Positions 25,778-35,146 of a stretch of 64,000 nt of DNA are shown piece by piece. The stretch lies in NCBI GenBank assembly GCA_002378195.1, contig DFRJ01000002.1, forward strand, positions 22,911-86,910, read 5' to 3'. The DNA comes from Patescibacteria group bacterium UBA3466 (lineage in GTDB: Bacteria > Patescibacteriota > Minisyncoccia > Phycocordibacterales > UBA918). Both the position numbers and the translations under genes were made by a program. Within the stretch, counting starts at the first letter, position 1, and each line of letters opens with the position of its first letter. The notes beneath the pieces were generated by a model. It was not told where the DNA came from. It did not search any database and saw only the letters and a list, made by a program, of their open reading frames with translations.

Positions 25778-28012
25778 ATGTATTTGAAAGAACTGACAAT
25801 TAATGGTTTTAAGTCATTCGCCAAAAAGAGCGAGCTGAAATTTACCGCGCCCATTACCTCAATTGTTGGTCCAAATGGTTCCGGGAAGAGTAATATCGCA
25901 GAGTCTTTTCGCTTTGTGTTAGGAGAGCAGTCAGTAAAGTCGATGCGAGGGAAGAAGGGTGAAGATCTGATCTGGGGAGGTTCAGAAAAGGTGTCTCGTG
26001 GCAATCGGGCTTCAGTACAAGTAATTTTTGATAATAAAAACCGCGCGTTGGCGCTCGATTTTGACGAAGTCAAAATCGAGCGGACGGTCCACCGTGACGG
26101 CCAAAATGAATACAAGCTAAACGATTCGACCGTGCGCCTTAAAGACGTGCATGAGCTACTGGCTAACGCCAATATCGGTTCAACCGGTCATCATATTATT
26201 TCTCAGGGAGAAGCTGATCGGGTATTGGCAGCTGGACCTAAAGAGCGAAGGGAGATGATTGAAGACGCGCTTGGCCTCAAGGTCTACCAACTCAAGAAGC
26301 ACGAAAGTGAGCGTAAGTTGGAAAAAACTAAGGAGAATATTTCGCAGGTAGAGTCGCTCCGCCGCGAAGCCGCTCCGCATTTGCGGTACATGAAGAAGCA
26401 AGTGGAGAAAGCCGAACGCTCACTGGAGGTGCAAAAAGAACTCAAGCTGAAGTACGCTGAGTATCTTAAGCGTGAAGACACATATGTCGCCTTTCACTTT
26501 GATCGCCTGACACAAGAGCGCGTTGCGCCAACTGCTCAGCTGACTGAAGTAAAGAAAAAATTAGAGGAAGTAAAGACAATTTTGGCCAAGACCGAAGAGG
26601 TGGAAGAATCGGCCGACCTAAAATCCGCCGAAGCCACGTTAGCGGAAGCTACAAAAGTGAGGCAGGTGGCCGAAAAAGCCCATAGTGGTATCGAAGGTCA
26701 GATCTCTTTTTTGGAAAGACGCATCAGTGCCGCAGTCAATAAGCCGGCTGAGACCGACGGCTTTATAAAACGGTCTGCTTTAGAGAAATTAGTGTCAGGT
26801 ATTGAGTCGGAAACAACATTACTGAAAGATGATGATGTCTCTGTGCTTAAAAATACCTTGGATGAATTGGTGAAGAAGTTGCGTGCATTCTTGAACGAAG
26901 GCAAGGTTGAGCAGGTAGATACAACAGAAGCAGACAAAAAGGAATTGTCTGAACTACAGTCCGAATTAGAAAAAGCCACTGTGGCATTAGAAAAAGCACG
27001 GCACGATGAAAGTAGGGTGCAGGAAAAATTGGCAGCCCTGCAAACTGAGCAGCAAGCAGAATCCAATAAAAATCGCGAAGCTGAGCGCGATATGTTCGCT
27101 CTAATAAACGAACAACGAGAACTGGAGCTAAAGGTAAAAAATATCGATAGTGAATTGGCTGTTTTAAACAGAGATCGCGATGATTTTAAACAACAGTTGC
27201 AAGAAGCGGTTACTCTGCTGGGTCAATCGGCCACAGATTACTTTACGTATGAAGTGAGGGACGAAGCCGGACAGTCTGTAGACGAGGATCAGATCGTGTC
27301 TGAGGATCGGTCCAAGCAAAAAAACCGACAGTTTGAATTGGAGAAATTAAAAATTAGATTAGAGGAACTAGGGGTTGGAGCGACGGAAGATCTAGTTAAA
27401 GAGTACGAAGAAGCTAAGGCACGTGATGAATTTTTAGCTAAAGAACTATCTGATCTTGAAGAGTCGGTCGAAAACTTAAAAAAGCTGATTGTTGAGATGG
27501 ATGAAAAATTGCATTCGCAATTTAGCGCCGGAGTAGAAAGGATCACCAAAGAATTTCATTCTTTCTTTACGCTTATGTTTGGCGGTGGCTCAGCTGCGTT
27601 AAAGCAGGTGGAAATCAAGGTAAGAAGTGATGATGAGGAAGAAGAGAAGGCGGTGCAGACCGGAGTTGAGTTAGAAGTGAGCTTGCCAAACAAGCGGGTA
27701 AAAGGGTTGGAGATGCTGTCTGGGGGAGAAAGAGCGTTAACATCTATTGCTTTAATATTTGCTATGAGTCAGGTGAATCCACCACCTTTTATTATTCTTG
27801 ATGAAACTGACGCAGCCCTTGATGAGGCTAACAGTCGGCGTTATGGAGATATGATTGAGGCGTTGGCCAAGAAGTCGCAATTAGTGCTCATTACTCACAA
27901 TCGAGAGACAATGAGTCGAGCGGGTGTCTTGTACGGGATCACTATGGGTGGAGACGGGGTGTCAAAAACCCTCTCAGTCCAGTTTGAAGAAGCTGCCGCT
28001 GTGGCAAAATAA
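25778..28012 (+). CDS. SMC-family chromosome-segregation-like ATPase, short (~745 aa), with no recognisable hinge domain
   Basis: N-terminus YLKELTINGFKSF...GPNGSGKSN matches SMC, followed by a long coiled coil. The C-terminus has LSGGERALTSIALIFA (signature), ILDETDAALD (Walker B) and the FGGG motif. The ATG at 25778 is 6 nt after the pilin-3 stop. Confidence 0.75.
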   Translation: MYLKELTINGFKSFAKKSELKFTAPITSIVGPNGSGKSNIAESFRFVLGEQSVKSMRGKKGEDLIWGGSEKVSRGNRASVQVIFDNKNRALALDFDEVKIERTVHRDGQNEYKLNDSTVRLKDVHELLANANIGSTGHHIISQGEADRVLAAGPKERREMIEDALGLKVYQLKKHESERKLEKTKENISQVESLRREAAPHLRYMKKQVEKAERSLEVQKELKLKYAEYLKREDTYVAFHFDRLTQERVAPTAQLTEVKKKLEEVKTILAKTEEVEESADLKSAEATLAEATKVRQVAEKAHSGIEGQISFLERRISAAVNKPAETDGFIKRSALEKLVSGIESETTLLKDDDVSVLKNTLDELVKKLRAFLNEGKVEQVDTTEADKKELSELQSELEKATVALEKARHDESRVQEKLAALQTEQQAESNKNREAERDMFALINEQRELELKVKNIDSELAVLNRDRDDFKQQLQEAVTLLGQSATDYFTYEVRDEAGQSVDEDQIVSEDRSKQKNRQFELEKLKIRLEELGVGATEDLVKEYEEAKARDEFLAKELSDLEESVENLKKLIVEMDEKLHSQFSAGVERITKEFHSFFTLMFGGGSAALKQVEIKVRSDDEEEEKAVQTGVELEVSLPNKRVKGLEMLSGGERALTSIALIFAMSQVNPPPFIILDETDAALDEANSRRYGDMIEALAKKSQLVLITHNRETMSRAGVLYGITMGGDGVSKTLSVQFEEAAAVAK

Positions 28013-28015
28013 ATT

Positions 28016-28843
28016 ATGGCGAAAAGAAAGAAAGAATTAATTTTGCTAAAAATTGGTGGTAGTGTGATCACATATAAAAATTCCGCCAAAATCAAGGTGA
28101 GAAGAAAAGTGTTACAGCAAATCGCTAAAGAATTAAGTCATGTATTAAAAAATGACAGTAGTAAGCGAGTGGTTTTGGTGCACGGGGCTGGATCGGCCGG
28201 CCATGTGTTGGCCAGAAAATATGACCTCAAAAAGGGCGTGAATGGTGATAAGCAAAAACTTAAAGCCGCCCTAAAAATAAGAGAGAATAATCAAAAGCTG
28301 AATGCGATTATTATAAAAATTCTCACCAATGCTGGACTGCCGGTGGTGCCTCTGCACACCGGTTCGGTGATCGCTCAGTCGGGTGGTGAAATCGAGGATG
28401 TGAACTACGACATGGTAGACATGGCGCTCAAAGAAGGGTGTGTTCCAGTGATGTATGGAGAGATGGCTTTTGATTCCAAGCTTGGACTGTCGGTGTGTTC
28501 TGGTGATGAAATTGTATCGCAGTTAGCTGATTATTTGCGAGTAAGTAAAATCATTTATGCTTCAGACATAGATGGTATATATGACCTTGATCCGTATAAG
28601 CACAGGCACGCGAAATTGCTGCAAAAGATTTCATTACCTGACTTGGTTTCCGGTAATCTGGTTGACTTAGGCGAGTCGCACAGTATTGATGTGACTGGTG
28701 GATTGTTTAATAAAATTAGATTACTTGATGAACGTTTTTCATCAAATATTTTAAAGCAGGTGGTGGTGATGAATGGTTTGAAGAAAGGAAATTTTAAAAA
28801 GAGTCTACAGGAAGATTCGGTTGGTACCTTAATTACTTTATAA
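28016..28843 (+). CDS. Isopentenyl phosphate kinase (amino-acid-kinase fold)
   Basis: LLKIGGSVIT, LVHGAGSAGH and DVTGG align with archaeal IPK motifs (ILKIGGSVIT / VHGGGSFGH / DVTGG). It is 4 nt after the SMC-like stop. Family membership (IPK vs FomA-like) is inferred. Confidence 0.65.
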   Translation: MAKRKKELILLKIGGSVITYKNSAKIKVRRKVLQQIAKELSHVLKNDSSKRVVLVHGAGSAGHVLARKYDLKKGVNGDKQKLKAALKIRENNQKLNAIIIKILTNAGLPVVPLHTGSVIAQSGGEIEDVNYDMVDMALKEGCVPVMYGEMAFDSKLGLSVCSGDEIVSQLADYLRVSKIIYASDIDGIYDLDPYKHRHAKLLQKISLPDLVSGNLVDLGESHSIDVTGGLFNKIRLLDERFSSNILKQVVVMNGLKKGNFKKSLQEDSVGTLITL

Positions 28844-28861
28844 AAGGCCTGCTCGTATGAG

Positions 28862-29338
28862 TCAGGCCTCTTTGTGTTTGTTTGGACAAGTCTCCATAAT
28901 GGTTTTAACTTCAAGCCGAACGAATTCCTCGAGTAGTTCTGTAGGATCAAGCCATCCATGATGTGCGACGTCGGTGTCAAACGGTGTGCTTATGAATTCT
29001 TCTTCGCTCACTGCTCTATAGACGTCGATTAGGGTGATGCATCCAGGGTGAGTGAATGTAAATTCATCCAAAAAAACAATTTTGTGAATGTGACCGCAAA
29101 ACTGTAACCCAATTTCTTCAACCATCAAGCGATCTACTCCATCTCGGGAACTTTCGCCAAGATGAAGAGTTTCCATCGGGAAAGTTTTCATGCCAGCCTG
29201 CTTGCGTATCAATGGCTTGGCGACCAATTCTCTCAAGGTCAGAATTTTGCCCTTGTTGCTAAACAAGAGCAGCGCTACGCCACGTAGCATAGGTAGCTCT
29301 TGTTTCATTTTTAAACCTCCGTGTACAAACTGTGGCAC
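28862..29338 (-). CDS. NUDIX hydrolase
   Basis: Nudix box GESSRDGVDRLMVEEIGL (Gx5Ex7R.UxEExGU-like). 158 aa. Confidence 0.6.
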   Translation of the reverse strand: MPQFVHGGLKMKQELPMLRGVALLLFSNKGKILTLRELVAKPLIRKQAGMKTFPMETLHLGESSRDGVDRLMVEEIGLQFCGHIHKIVFLDEFTFTHPGCITLIDVYRAVSEEEFISTPFDTDVAHHGWLDPTELLEEFVRLEVKTIMETCPNKHKEA

Positions 29339-29429
29339 AAGTTATCTTGTCTACTAAGCGTTGTCAATTTTACTTACAAACAGATTGCAGATTATTTGGA
29401 CCAAAGAAGCAACTAATTTGTTATGATGG

Positions 29430-30515
29430 TTGAGAAATATGGAAGGCAAAGTATACAAGTTTCCGTCGGGAGAAAGAGTTGGAAAGAATAAAGAAAACTC
29501 ATTCGAACTAAAGACTGATCGTAAGGCATTGCGAGCAGTTTTGGCATCATTTGGTATTGCGCTCATGCCGATGAAGGACAGTAATGACGCTGAGGCGAGT
29601 GTCCAGTCGGATCCTGAGCCAACACCAAACTTCGTCTCTGTAGAAAACGAACATAACGATACTCTACAAGAACGTTTGGCAAATGAATCAATGGAGGACA
29701 TGTTGGACCGTACCGTTATGAGCAATTTCAGAGAGCAGGGGGTGTCCACGGAAGAGATTGTTGATGAGTTTTCGAAACGGATCCAAGCATATGCGTCAGA
29801 GCGTAATGAGTGGGATATTAGCACCACAAAGAATCGCGCTCTTGAGACTCTCGAAGAGCTGGGCGGTCTCACCAAAATGGAGTACCTGAAAGAAAATATT
29901 AAGTTTGGTGAAAGTATGCCAGCGGATATACAGTCTGCCTTAGTAGATAAGATTGATGGGGTGCCGGCAGCGGAAACCAACTATGACGAAACAAAGGTGA
30001 GTCCAGACGGAGCGTTTGGTGCCCTCCAGACTATGCCAGAGACCTACGAAGCATTTGGCGGCGAAAAAGGAAAAGAGACTTCATGGGTGTCACAAGTAAC
30101 GGTGGCAGGTCGTATTTATACAAAGAAATACGAGGATTTGGCGGCGGGACTCGGTGAAGAAAGGTTGGCTGCTATTGAAAAGCAGTATCCTTCAAGGGAA
30201 TCATATGTAAATGACTTCTGGGTGCCGCTTTTGTTTGGGGCCTATCACGCAGGCGGTAGTCGTTGGAAGGATGGTGTAGAAGGTTACACTGTCAGTTTGC
30301 CGCAGGAAGATTGGGCGGTGGGTAAAGACTTCTTCCCAGCGGTGGCTGATTATAGCTTTGAGAGCAAGGAGGGTAGACTGGCTGAGTTTGGTCCTAAGTC
30401 TCGAGAGTATCCATTTAAGGTTTTGGCCTGGTCATATCTTCTCAATCAAGAAGCCGAAGAAGAATCAACCAGCTACGCTCAGGCAGATATTTCACCGACT
30501 GATAATAAAGGGTAG
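29430..30515 (+). CDS. Hypothetical protein (361 aa), no recognised motif
   Basis: Long ORF with a terminator directly downstream; the antisense ORF 29354..29980 was judged spurious. Confidence 0.45.
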   Translation: MRNMEGKVYKFPSGERVGKNKENSFELKTDRKALRAVLASFGIALMPMKDSNDAEASVQSDPEPTPNFVSVENEHNDTLQERLANESMEDMLDRTVMSNFREQGVSTEEIVDEFSKRIQAYASERNEWDISTTKNRALETLEELGGLTKMEYLKENIKFGESMPADIQSALVDKIDGVPAAETNYDETKVSPDGAFGALQTMPETYEAFGGEKGKETSWVSQVTVAGRIYTKKYEDLAAGLGEERLAAIEKQYPSRESYVNDFWVPLLFGAYHAGGSRWKDGVEGYTVSLPQEDWAVGKDFFPAVADYSFESKEGRLAEFGPKSREYPFKVLAWSYLLNQEAEEESTSYAQADISPTDNKG

Positions 30516-30518
30516 GGG

Positions 30519-30564
30519 CTAGAAAAAGCCGGCGTCCACTGTCGTGGACGCCGGCTTTTTCTAG
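30519..30564. terminator. Bidirectional intrinsic terminator (AAAAAGCCGGCGTCCAC-tgtc-GTGGACGCCGGCTTTTT)
   Basis: Perfect 13-bp stem with A-runs and T-runs on both sides, between the convergent 29430..30515 (+) and rnr (-). Confidence 0.85.
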
Positions 30565-30565
30565 C

Positions 30566-32512
30566 TTAATCTCCCTTCTTCTCCACCAGCTCAAAGTCTA
30601 GCTGTCGTTCGTCTTTGTCGGCGCGCACCAACTTGACTCTAACGGGGTCTCCGAGGTGGTAGACCTTACCGGTTCTCTGGCCTTTGATGCGGTACTTCTT
30701 AGCCTCGTGTTCAAAGTAGTCACCTTTAATACTTGAAAGCTTCACCATGCCGTCAGCTAAGGTGTCTTGCTCTTGGACGTAGATGCCCCAGTCAGCTACG
30801 CCATTGATCACACCGTCGAACTCTTCGCCAACTTTGTTCATCATGTATTCCACCTGCTTGAACTTGATCGAATCTCGCTCAGCTGACACCGCTTCCATTT
30901 CTCGTTCGGAAGATTGGATTGAAATTCGTTCGTAGTTGCTGCTTTGTTTAGGCCCGATTTGCTCACCGTCTAGGTGCTTGCGGAGCATGCGGTGTGCCAT
31001 CAGGTCGGGGTAGCGGCGGATAGGGGAGGTGAAGTGGGTGTAGTACTTAAACGCGAGACCAAAGTGACCGATGTTTTTAGTGGAATAAACAGCCTTAGCC
31101 ATTGATCGGATACTAGCGGTCTTGATGAGGTTTTCCTCGGGCTTACCTTCTACTGCCTTCATCAGTTTATTGATAGAGGTGGCTTGGACGATGCCATTTT
31201 TGGCTTCAAACTCGTAGCCAAGGGCGTGTACAAAAGTAGCCAACTCCTCGATTTTGTCTGGGTTTGGTACGTCGTGAATACGATAAACAAACGCCATATC
31301 TTTATTTTTACTCTTTGACTCATTGTTGATGTAGGTAGCAACCTCACGGTTGGCTAGGAGCATAAAGTCTTCAATCATCATCATTGTCTCAGTGCGGTGT
31401 TTTTTGTAGGCCTTTATCGGAGCGCCACGTTCGTCAAGTTCAAATTTTACCTCCGGCTGTTCAAAAGCGATGGCGCCTTTTTGGTAGCGCTTTTTGCGTA
31501 GCTTACGACTTAGTTCCATCATGGTGGTTAACTCTTCCAGATATTCACCTTCACCTTGGTCGATTATTTCTTGGGCTTCTTGGTAGCTAAAACGCTTGTC
31601 GGAGTGAATGATGGTTTGACCATACCAGCCATTGACCACATCAGCTTCGGGACTAAGTTCAAAGATAGCCGAAAAAGCCAATCGGTCTTCATTGGGTCGC
31701 AGCGAACAGAGATCGTTTGATAATACTTCAGGAAGCATCGGGATAACTCGATCTACTAGATAGACAGAAGTGCCTCTCTCGACTGCTTCTTTATCGAGTG
31801 GTTCACCTTCACGTACATAATGAGATACGTCAGCAATATGAATCCCAACTTCGACGTTCCCGTTTTCAAGAGTTTGAATAGATAACGCGTCGTCAAAGTC
31901 TTTGGCGTCTGCCGGGTCTATGGTCATAGTGGTTACTCCTCGTACGTCCCGCCGCTTCGGATCAGCGATAGCCTTGGCAAATATTTCTTCCTTGCTTTCG
32001 TATAGTTCATGAGCCGCTTGTTGCACTGATTCGGGAAATTCTTTTGAGAAGCCACCAGAGCGGATGATCGCTTGCATTTCTGTTTCGTGGTCACCAGCAT
32101 GACCAAGTGTCTCGATAATTTTAGCTAGCGGATCAAGTTGGGGATTTTTCCAGCTGTCTATTTCCACTACCACCTTCATTTTAAGATCGTTGGCTGTAGC
32201 ATCAGGCAATAGCGGTCGCACGTGGATGCGATGATTGTCTGGTTGAAGATACTTTATGGTTTTACCATTCTCTTCACGTTCCTTAACCTCGCCGATCAGT
32301 TCACGGTGAGCCGGTTTTACCACTCGAACAACTTTGCCCTCCTGACGCTTGCCGGATTGTTTTTTCTTGAGGTCGACTTCAACAATGTCACCATCTAGGG
32401 CAAAATTGAGGTTTTCTCGTTCTATTACAATGTCTTCCTCTAAATTGGGGTGGGCGACAAATCCAGTCCCTTTACCGCGAATCATGATCGCGCCTTCGTG
32501 GGTTTTATTCAT
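30566..32512 (-). CDS. rnr: Ribonuclease R / RNase II-family 3'-5' exoribonuclease
   Basis: N-terminal cold-shock/OB domain, central RNB domain (TIDPADAKDFDDALS...) and C-terminal S1 domain. Confidence 0.85.
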   Translation of the reverse strand: MNKTHEGAIMIRGKGTGFVAHPNLEEDIVIERENLNFALDGDIVEVDLKKKQSGKRQEGKVVRVVKPAHRELIGEVKEREENGKTIKYLQPDNHRIHVRPLLPDATANDLKMKVVVEIDSWKNPQLDPLAKIIETLGHAGDHETEMQAIIRSGGFSKEFPESVQQAAHELYESKEEIFAKAIADPKRRDVRGVTTMTIDPADAKDFDDALSIQTLENGNVEVGIHIADVSHYVREGEPLDKEAVERGTSVYLVDRVIPMLPEVLSNDLCSLRPNEDRLAFSAIFELSPEADVVNGWYGQTIIHSDKRFSYQEAQEIIDQGEGEYLEELTTMMELSRKLRKKRYQKGAIAFEQPEVKFELDERGAPIKAYKKHRTETMMMIEDFMLLANREVATYINNESKSKNKDMAFVYRIHDVPNPDKIEELATFVHALGYEFEAKNGIVQATSINKLMKAVEGKPEENLIKTASIRSMAKAVYSTKNIGHFGLAFKYYTHFTSPIRRYPDLMAHRMLRKHLDGEQIGPKQSSNYERISIQSSEREMEAVSAERDSIKFKQVEYMMNKVGEEFDGVINGVADWGIYVQEQDTLADGMVKLSSIKGDYFEHEAKKYRIKGQRTGKVYHLGDPVRVKLVRADKDERQLDFELVEKKGD

Positions 32513-32564
32513 GGTCGCATGGTAGCATTGACGCCCTTATATTTCCATAGTAATTTTCGAGCAG

Positions 32565-32894
32565 GTGAGAGAAGAGGGGGCAAGTATGGTCATTATCATC
32601 AGAAATGAATCTTTTTTAGGTGACACAGAACCTTTAGAGATGGATATCTATCCTATCTATCAAGAGGATGAAGAGATGGCGGCTGAGTTTGGTTTTGCGT
32701 ACATGCAGACAGAAGGGATTGGCTTTTGTTCAGCTGATGATGTGGGGTTAAGTGCAGAAGAGATAGTGAGTAGGATTGAGCACTATCTTGCTGATGAAGG
32801 TGTTGAGTTTTTGTTTGTACCGGCAAAGTACTTCGAACCAGTATTCAAGCCAGTTCTTGATAGTCGAGGGATTTACTATTCACTGAGTGATTAA
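32565..32894 (+). CDS. Hypothetical small acidic protein
   Basis: ORF only; no motif recognised. Confidence 0.3.
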   Translation: MREEGASMVIIIRNESFLGDTEPLEMDIYPIYQEDEEMAAEFGFAYMQTEGIGFCSADDVGLSAEEIVSRIEHYLADEGVEFLFVPAKYFEPVFKPVLDSRGIYYSLSD

Positions 32895-33053
32895 ACCTTG
32901 ATACAATATGTTTCTCCCAGGTTACCGCTTGGGTAGAGGTGTGCTCTTGTCGTAGAGCAAGCCGTATCACCGACTCATTACCGTATTGAGTCACCCCGCC
33001 CCGATGTCGCATGGTCACATGAAGACAAAGGGGCTTTTTATATACATCTCCTA

Positions 33054-33081
33054 TTGACGTTCCTATTTAATCTGCTATGCT
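33054..33081 (+). promoter_or_regulatory. Candidate sigma-70-type promoter for the rpsP operon (TTGACG - 16 nt - TATGCT)
   Basis: Hexamers and spacing read directly in the sequence, ~90 nt upstream of rpsP. Confidence 0.3.
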
Positions 33082-33171
33082 AGCGCCACTTACAAATGAA
33101 GGAGCGAGAGACGTAAATGGATTGCATTTATGTCAGAGCGAGTGAAATTTGTATAAATTCTATATATTTAT

Positions 33172-33753
33172 ATGTTAATGATGAGATTACAAAGAGTTGG
33201 CCGACGAAACGATCCTTCGTATCGTATTGTTGTGACTGACAAGCGAACTGGCGTGAAAAGCGACAAGCATATTGATCGTATCGGTTCATACAATCCAAAG
33301 ATGGATCATATCCAATTGGATACAGAAAAGGCCAAAGAGTGGTTGGCAAAGGGGGTACAACCTTCAGAAACAATGCACAATCTACTGGTAAGCCAAAAGG
33401 TGATTGAAGGTAAGAAGATTAACGTTCTACCGAAGAAGTCTCCTATTATTGATGAAGAAGCCGAAAAATTAAAGCAGGAGAAGGCAGAAGAAGAAGCAGT
33501 CGCCAAGGCAGAAGCAGAAAAAGCTGAAGCAGAAGCTGCAGAATCAAACGAGGAAACTCCTGCTGAAGAAGCTGTGGCAGAGGACGCTCCAGCCGAAGAG
33601 GCACCAGCCGCAGAGGCGGAAAAGGAAGTAGAAGTAGTAGCTGACGAAGATGATCCTGCGGATCACTCAGAAACAGCAGAAGAAAATCCAGAAGATATTG
33701 AAAAAGAGAAGGCGACTGAAGCACAAGCTCAAGCCGACGCTGAGGCTGACTAA
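33172..33753 (+). CDS. rpsP: 30S ribosomal protein S16 with long Ala/Glu-rich C-terminal extension
   Basis: RLQRVGRRNDPSYRIVVTDKRTGVKSDKHIDRIGSYNP matches the S16 core. Confidence 0.85.
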   Translation: MLMMRLQRVGRRNDPSYRIVVTDKRTGVKSDKHIDRIGSYNPKMDHIQLDTEKAKEWLAKGVQPSETMHNLLVSQKVIEGKKINVLPKKSPIIDEEAEKLKQEKAEEEAVAKAEAEKAEAEAAESNEETPAEEAVAEDAPAEEAPAAEAEKEVEVVADEDDPADHSETAEENPEDIEKEKATEAQAQADAEAD

Positions 33754-33901
33754 TCTCTCATTTAACACTATCTAAAAAACAACTCGCTCATGCGGGTTGT
33801 TTTTGCACCTGAGTGCGTTGACGTGGTCATAACACTTTCGTATTCTTATAAGAGCATCGCACTATACAAGGCGATTGCTTAACAGTTAGCCTAATTGATG
33901 T

Positions 33902-34255
33902 ATGGATACCTACGAAGATAAGCAGTTTCTCGAGAATCTAGTTAAAGCACTCGTTGACAACCCAGAAGCAGTACAGATCAATCGAACCGTTGATGAAATG
34001 GGAGTACTTTTGACTCTTGATGTACACGCTGATGACATGGGTAAGATTATTGGCCGATCAGGCAATACCGCGAAAGCAATCCGCACCTTATTACGTGTAG
34101 TGGGAATGAAGAACGACGCTCGAGTAAATCTCAAGATCAATGAACCAGAAGGTGGAAAGGGAATGGATCGAGAGATGTCTGACGCGATGGCTGAGGATAA
34201 TCCTTCTGCCGAACCAAAAAGCTTGGATGAAGCGATAGATGATCTGAAGATTTAG
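33902..34255 (+). CDS. KH-domain RNA-binding protein (KhpA/YlqC-like)
   Basis: The KH fold GKIIGRSGNTAKAIRTLL, and its position between rpsP and trmD as in the conserved rpsP-khpA-rimM-trmD operon. Confidence 0.7.
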   Translation: MDTYEDKQFLENLVKALVDNPEAVQINRTVDEMGVLLTLDVHADDMGKIIGRSGNTAKAIRTLLRVVGMKNDARVNLKINEPEGGKGMDREMSDAMAEDNPSAEPKSLDEAIDDLKI

Positions 34256-34435
34256 TCGCGCATATCACTCATGAGTGACCAGAAAATTCTCAGCAGAATT
34301 TTCTTACGGCTTCGGCCACAACTTTGAAAAAATCATGACTTTTGTCATGATTTTTTCAAAGACTGGCTTGTGGCCTACAGATGTTCACTCATGGATAGTA
34401 TTCTTTCTCTAGTTTATCTGTGCTAGGCTGGTTTT
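34256..34435. repeat. Intergenic block of three consecutive perfect palindromes (12-bp CACTCATGAGTG; 10-bp-stem AGAAAATTCT/AGAATTTTCT; ~62-nt hairpin GGCCACAA-CTTTGAAAAAATCATGAC...GTCATGATTTTTTCAAAG...TTGTGGCC)
   Basis: Read directly from the sequence at 34266-34277, 34281-34304 and 34314-34375. It lies where rimM would normally sit. Confidence 0.6.
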
Positions 34436-35116
34436 ATGAATTTTCACGTCATCACAATTTTTCCCGAAATCTGCCAAGCGTACACCGACGCGAGTATATT
34501 AGGGCGTGCCCAAAAAACCGAGAAGGGGAAAGGAGCTAAGGTGAAAGGGAAGAAGATCGCGGTTGATTACTACAATCCACGTGACTTTGTAAATGACAAA
34601 CACAAGAAAGTCGATGATAAGCCTTATGGAGGTGGCCCAGGTATGGTTATGAAAGTTGAGCCAATCATTAAAGCTTGGCAAAAAGCCGTCGGTCGTAAAA
34701 AGGATCAAAAGAAAGTTAAGACGCTCATTATGTCACCGCAGGGTAAAGTGTTTAGTAATAAGCTGGCGAGAGAGTATGCTAAAAAGTACGATCATTTAGT
34801 ATTAATTAGCGGTCGCTACGAGGGTATCGATAGTCGAGTAAAAAAAGCTTTGAAAGCCGAAGAGGTGAGTGTGGGCGACTACGTGCTAACTGGAGGAGAG
34901 TTACCTGCCTTATCGATAGTTGATTCAGTAGCACGCCAAGTCCCGGGAGTGTTGGGGGAATTTGAGTCGCTTGAAGATGAGCGTGATACTAACGGTGAGA
35001 TGTATACTAGACCAGAAGTAATTGAATACAAAAAGAAGCGATATAAAGTACCGCCGGTGTTTATGTCTGGTAATCACGCTGAAATAAATAAGCGGAGGGC
35101 GCGTACCAAAAAATAA
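34436..35116 (+). CDS. trmD: tRNA (guanine37-N1)-methyltransferase
   Basis: N-terminal FHVITIFPE, PYGGGPGMVM and a C-terminal SPOUT region; contains a Lys-rich insertion. Confidence 0.8.
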   Translation: MNFHVITIFPEICQAYTDASILGRAQKTEKGKGAKVKGKKIAVDYYNPRDFVNDKHKKVDDKPYGGGPGMVMKVEPIIKAWQKAVGRKKDQKKVKTLIMSPQGKVFSNKLAREYAKKYDHLVLISGRYEGIDSRVKKALKAEEVSVGDYVLTGGELPALSIVDSVARQVPGVLGEFESLEDERDTNGEMYTRPEVIEYKKKRYKVPPVFMSGNHAEINKRRARTKK

Positions 35117-35146
35117 TTAGTTAAATTAAGTACATAAGGATAAATT

